NCBI GenBank assembly: GCA_048571215.1 | Contig: CP182352.1 | Span: 896,001-960,000, forward strand | Length of the DNA stretch: 64,000 bases | Origin: Halarcobacter sp. | GTDB taxonomy: Bacteria > Campylobacterota > Campylobacteria > Campylobacterales > Arcobacteraceae | Direction: 5' to 3' | Part shown: in pieces, positions 61,296 through 64,000 of the stretch | How positions within the stretch are numbered: position 1 is the stretch's first letter | How the letters are laid out: each line of letters begins with the position of its first letter | Made by a program: the position numbers and the translations under genes | The notes under the pieces: generated by a model | Seen by the model: only the letters and a program-made list of their open reading frames with translations | Database searches by the model: none | What the model was told of the DNA's origin: nothing

Positions 61296-61618
61296 AAAAC
61301 TATTATCGAAATATTTGAATGTAAATAAACTTTTACTGTACGTCTTGGCTTTCTCGACTTTTTTTTGTGAAAAAAAAAGTAGCAAAAAAATCATCCCGCA
61401 GATTTCGAAGGCGGAAGCTCCCCTCTCTTATTATTCATCCCTTTTGAGTGACTAAAAACTTACTAAAACGTGAGTTTGTCACGTTTCTTTACGCTTCAAA
61501 CAGTTTAGTCACTTGTTTTCAAAAGAGATAAATAAACACTCGGCTTCTCAAATGCGGGAAGATGGGAAACTGACCTTTGCATTTTTTGGTACCATTTTTT
61601 TTGAATTGGTGTAATACT
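61296..61618. repeat. Structured non-coding repeat, copy A
   Basis: Homologous to 61897-62242; nested inverted repeats. Confidence 0.85.
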
Positions 61619-61657
61619 TAATTTATACAAAGAAAGTTTGCAGCTAGTGTATTTAGT

Positions 61658-61818
61658 CCAGACTTTGTTGAAGCCGGAAGTTTTCTAATTATTTTCGGAG
61701 AAGACCGAGGACCGTTCAACTGGATAAAAGGTACTAGATGTACCTTTTAGGAAGGCGTTCCGCAGGTCAGAAGATAATTAGAAAGCTGTAGGGAACTTTA
61801 GCTTCAACAACCGTCTGG
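61658..61818. repeat. Nested palindromic element B
   Basis: CCAGAC/GTCTGG, TTGTTGAAGC/GCTTCAACAA, TTTCTAATTAT/ATAATTAGAAA and TAAAAGGTAC/GTACCTTTTA. Confidence 0.85.
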
Positions 61819-61896
61819 TTGCTTTTTGCCATACTTTTTACAATTAAAAAGTATGAAAGCGGAGAACTTTGTTCTTCAAGACAATTGCATACAATA

Positions 61897-62242
61897 AAAA
61901 CTATTATCAAAATATTTGAGTGTAAATAAACTTTTACTGTACGTCTTAGCTTTCTCGACTTTCTTTTGTGAAAAAGAAAGTAGCAAAGAAACCATCCTGC
62001 GGGTTTCGAAGGCGGAAGCTCCCCGAGCTTTTCATTCATCCCTTTTGTGTGCCTAAAAACTTGCTCTTGTGCTTGCACTCTCTGTGAGAAAACGTTCTCC
62101 CAGAACGTTTCTTTACGCTTCAAACAGTTTAGTCACTTGTTTTCAAAAGAGATAAATAAACACTCGGCTTCTCAAATGCGGGAGAGTGGGATATTGACCT
62201 TTACATTTTTTGATACCATTTTGTTTAAGTTGCTGTTATACT
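61897..62242. repeat. Structured non-coding repeat, copy A'
   Basis: Homologous to 61296-61618, with compensatory stem changes. Confidence 0.85.
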
Positions 62243-62267
62243 CAACAATTATTATAAAAGTGGAGAT

Positions 62268-62765
62268 TCATTTTCTGGGGGTGTCACTTATTTTTGTTGA
62301 AAGTAGATTCCTAATATTTTCAAAATCATTTTTAGATTTAAATGTAGCTTTAGCAATTGAAGATTTTCCGTTTGTATGGTGTATATTTAGAAATATCCCA
62401 TTACCAGCTTTGAATTCCTCTATCTTGCTAATTTGTGAAAAAGGCAACTCTATATGCTTAACCCCAGACCAAGAAAACTTTGGAACTACTATAGATTGCT
62501 CGTTGACAATAATCTTGCGTTTACCCTGAAGTAATGCAAATATCAGGAAGAAACCTAAAAGTACAAAAGCGGCACTAATAAGAAATAATACCCCATAAGC
62601 AACACTAGATATTTCTGGTGATAACCTAATTGATTTAAATAAAACCAAAACTGTATTGCCAGCTACGGCTTTAAGGAAAAAATGTTTTGCCGCTAACCCA
62701 AAGAAAATAATTACTATGGGAGGAACCCATAACATTTTTTTTAACTCAAATACTTGTTGGCTCAT
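62268..62765 (-). CDS. Cassette membrane protein (2 TM plus soluble domain); own attC missing
   Basis: AAGGAG RBS just after attC 62780-62850. Confidence 0.8.
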   Translation of the reverse strand: MSQQVFELKKMLWVPPIVIIFFGLAAKHFFLKAVAGNTVLVLFKSIRLSPEISSVAYGVLFLISAAFVLLGFFLIFALLQGKRKIIVNEQSIVVPKFSWSGVKHIELPFSQISKIEEFKAGNGIFLNIHHTNGKSSIAKATFKSKNDFENIRNLLSTKISDTPRK

Positions 62766-62779
62766 TTGAAACTCCTTTT

Positions 62780-62850
62780 AGCTAATGTTTAAAATGAGCA
62801 ATCAGTAACCCTTGCGTGGGTTACTAATTGGCTCCTCTGATTTGTTAAAT
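62780..62850 (-). repeat. attC site with mutated crossover (ATT instead of GTT)
   Basis: ATTTAACAAATCAGAGGAGCCAAT...ATTGCTCATTTTAAAC-ATTAGCT. Confidence 0.85.
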
Positions 62851-62854
62851 TTCT

Positions 62855-63130
62855 TCATAAATCATCGACCTCGACTTTTCCAAATTCTCCAGTGAGTCTT
62901 TCCAGTAATAGACCCAGAACTTCAAAGTACTCACCTGCTCGATGTGTACATAGTCCATATTCCTCTACTGCTAATTCGAATCTCATTGTTTTTCTATTGT
63001 ACTCACGAATTACCCAAAGTTGTCCATCGTAATCATATTTGCATGAAGTACAAAATTCAGCGAGGAATGCTTTAATTTCATTTGTATTGTTGTGTTCGAA
63101 TTTGAAGCTTTGTGCAAGACCCAATGTCAA
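62855..63130 (-). CDS. Cassette hypothetical protein
   Basis: 91-aa ORF between two attC sites, AAGGA RBS. Confidence 0.78.
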   Translation of the reverse strand: MTLGLAQSFKFEHNNTNEIKAFLAEFCTSCKYDYDGQLWVIREYNRKTMRFELAVEEYGLCTHRAGEYFEVLGLLLERLTGEFGKVEVDDL

Positions 63131-63140
63131 TCCTTTTGTA

Positions 63141-63212
63141 GTTTAACGTTTGAAATGAGCAATCAAAAAGCCGCTCGCAGGTTTTTGATTGGTCTCCTCT
63201 AATTTGTTAGAC
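63141..63212 (-). repeat. attC site
   Basis: GTCTAACAAATTAGAGGAGACCAATCAAAAAC...TTTTTGATTGCTCATTTCAAACGTTAAAC. Confidence 0.92.
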
Positions 63213-63767
63213 ATTGGGATTTTGATCATTTCTAAACTCTCTCACTATTTGTGGAGAACGAAGTTTCCAGATTATCCATCCGAAAAGTGCAGTAAATATT
63301 AAGACGAAAATAACTGAAGCGATTGACATCACGGTCATCATCGTCTCCATTTGAGACTGAAACTCTACGGGAGTATCAGGGGGCAATGGAAAGTCTTGAA
63401 TCATTGCTTCTTGGAAAACGAGACTTGCCAGATTTCAAATAATCCCAAGTGCCAGTAGTGCAATAAATGCAATTCGGGCCCAGTTTTTTCGTTTGAGGAG
63501 ACCAATTGATGCAATGAGAACAAATAAAGAAACCAGAAATACTGCTAGGAAAATTAAATCAAAATGCTTGAACATAAACTGGGCTATTTCAGGAACTGGG
63601 ACTGAACTGTTACTTTCATTCATTAGTTCTTCCACTGGCAGTTTAGGCATAATAAATTGAAACATGATATTTTGCAAGGCAGTAATAAATGTTCCAAATC
63701 CTGCAAATACGATTCCTATCCATGCTAATGCTGTAATAAATGTTGATTTTGAATTTTCTGCTGCCAA
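63207..63767 (-). pseudogene. Cassette membrane-protein gene split by an in-frame TGA at 63437-63435
   Basis: The 110-aa and 65-aa ORFs share one frame (561 nt in total): LGII*NLASLVFQEAMIQDF. Confidence 0.85.
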
Positions 63768-63780
63768 CTTATTTTCCTTT

Positions 63781-63850
63781 GTCTAACGTTTAAAATGAGC
63801 CGATGAATTGCCCGCAGGGTAATTTATTAGCTCCTCTGAGATTGTGAAAG
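63781..63850 (-). repeat. attC site with degenerate R'' box
   Basis: CTTTCACAATCTCAGAGGAGCTAATAAATTACCCTGCGGGCAATTCATCGGCTCATTTTAAACGTTAGAC. Confidence 0.8.
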
Positions 63851-64000
63851 AACTCAGTCTCAATTTATATAAATATTCTACATAAAAACACTTAAAAATA
63901 ATCATCCTAAAAATACTAAAATGTTATAATATATTATATTTTAATAGATGAGAATAATATAGCAAGAGCAATTGATTCTTATGTTGAGATATTAAATATT

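Noticed and set aside
61267..62529. ORFs 61267-61455, 61767-62123 and 62047-62529
   Set aside because: They lie in palindromic repeats or antisense to a real gene, and the frames are not conserved between repeat copies.

Overview
AT-rich chromosomal window whose gene content fits a Campylobacterota bacterium of the Arcobacteraceae type (inference from protein families and composition). The left end holds a chromosomal integron: the N-terminus of an IntI integrase (1-201, minus, missed by the ORF track), an attI site at ~493 and a five-cassette array (493-3415). Two of those cassettes are near-identical 181-bp ORF-less, almost fully self-complementary elements; another encodes a TIR/SEFIR protein. 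Decayed cassettes follow at 7.4-10.2 kb. A second, inverted array with no integrase inside the window lies at 60.5-63.9 kb and is interrupted by a ~950-bp structured repeat module. The attI-containing platform recurs, without an integrase, at ~3.7, ~8.7 and ~61.0 kb. The middle is a mix of housekeeping and accessory genes: MCP, PLD, a phospholipid operon, hrpB, ahpC-trxA, a class D beta-lactamase, FMN riboswitch-ribB, sfsA and a MoxR-vWA operon. It also carries a block encoding methyltransferase, acyltransferase, TonB receptor, YfiR-like and GGDEF/EAL proteins, bracketed by gene remnants, which may be a small-molecule signalling system. All calls are from manual reading of the sequence; no searches were run.
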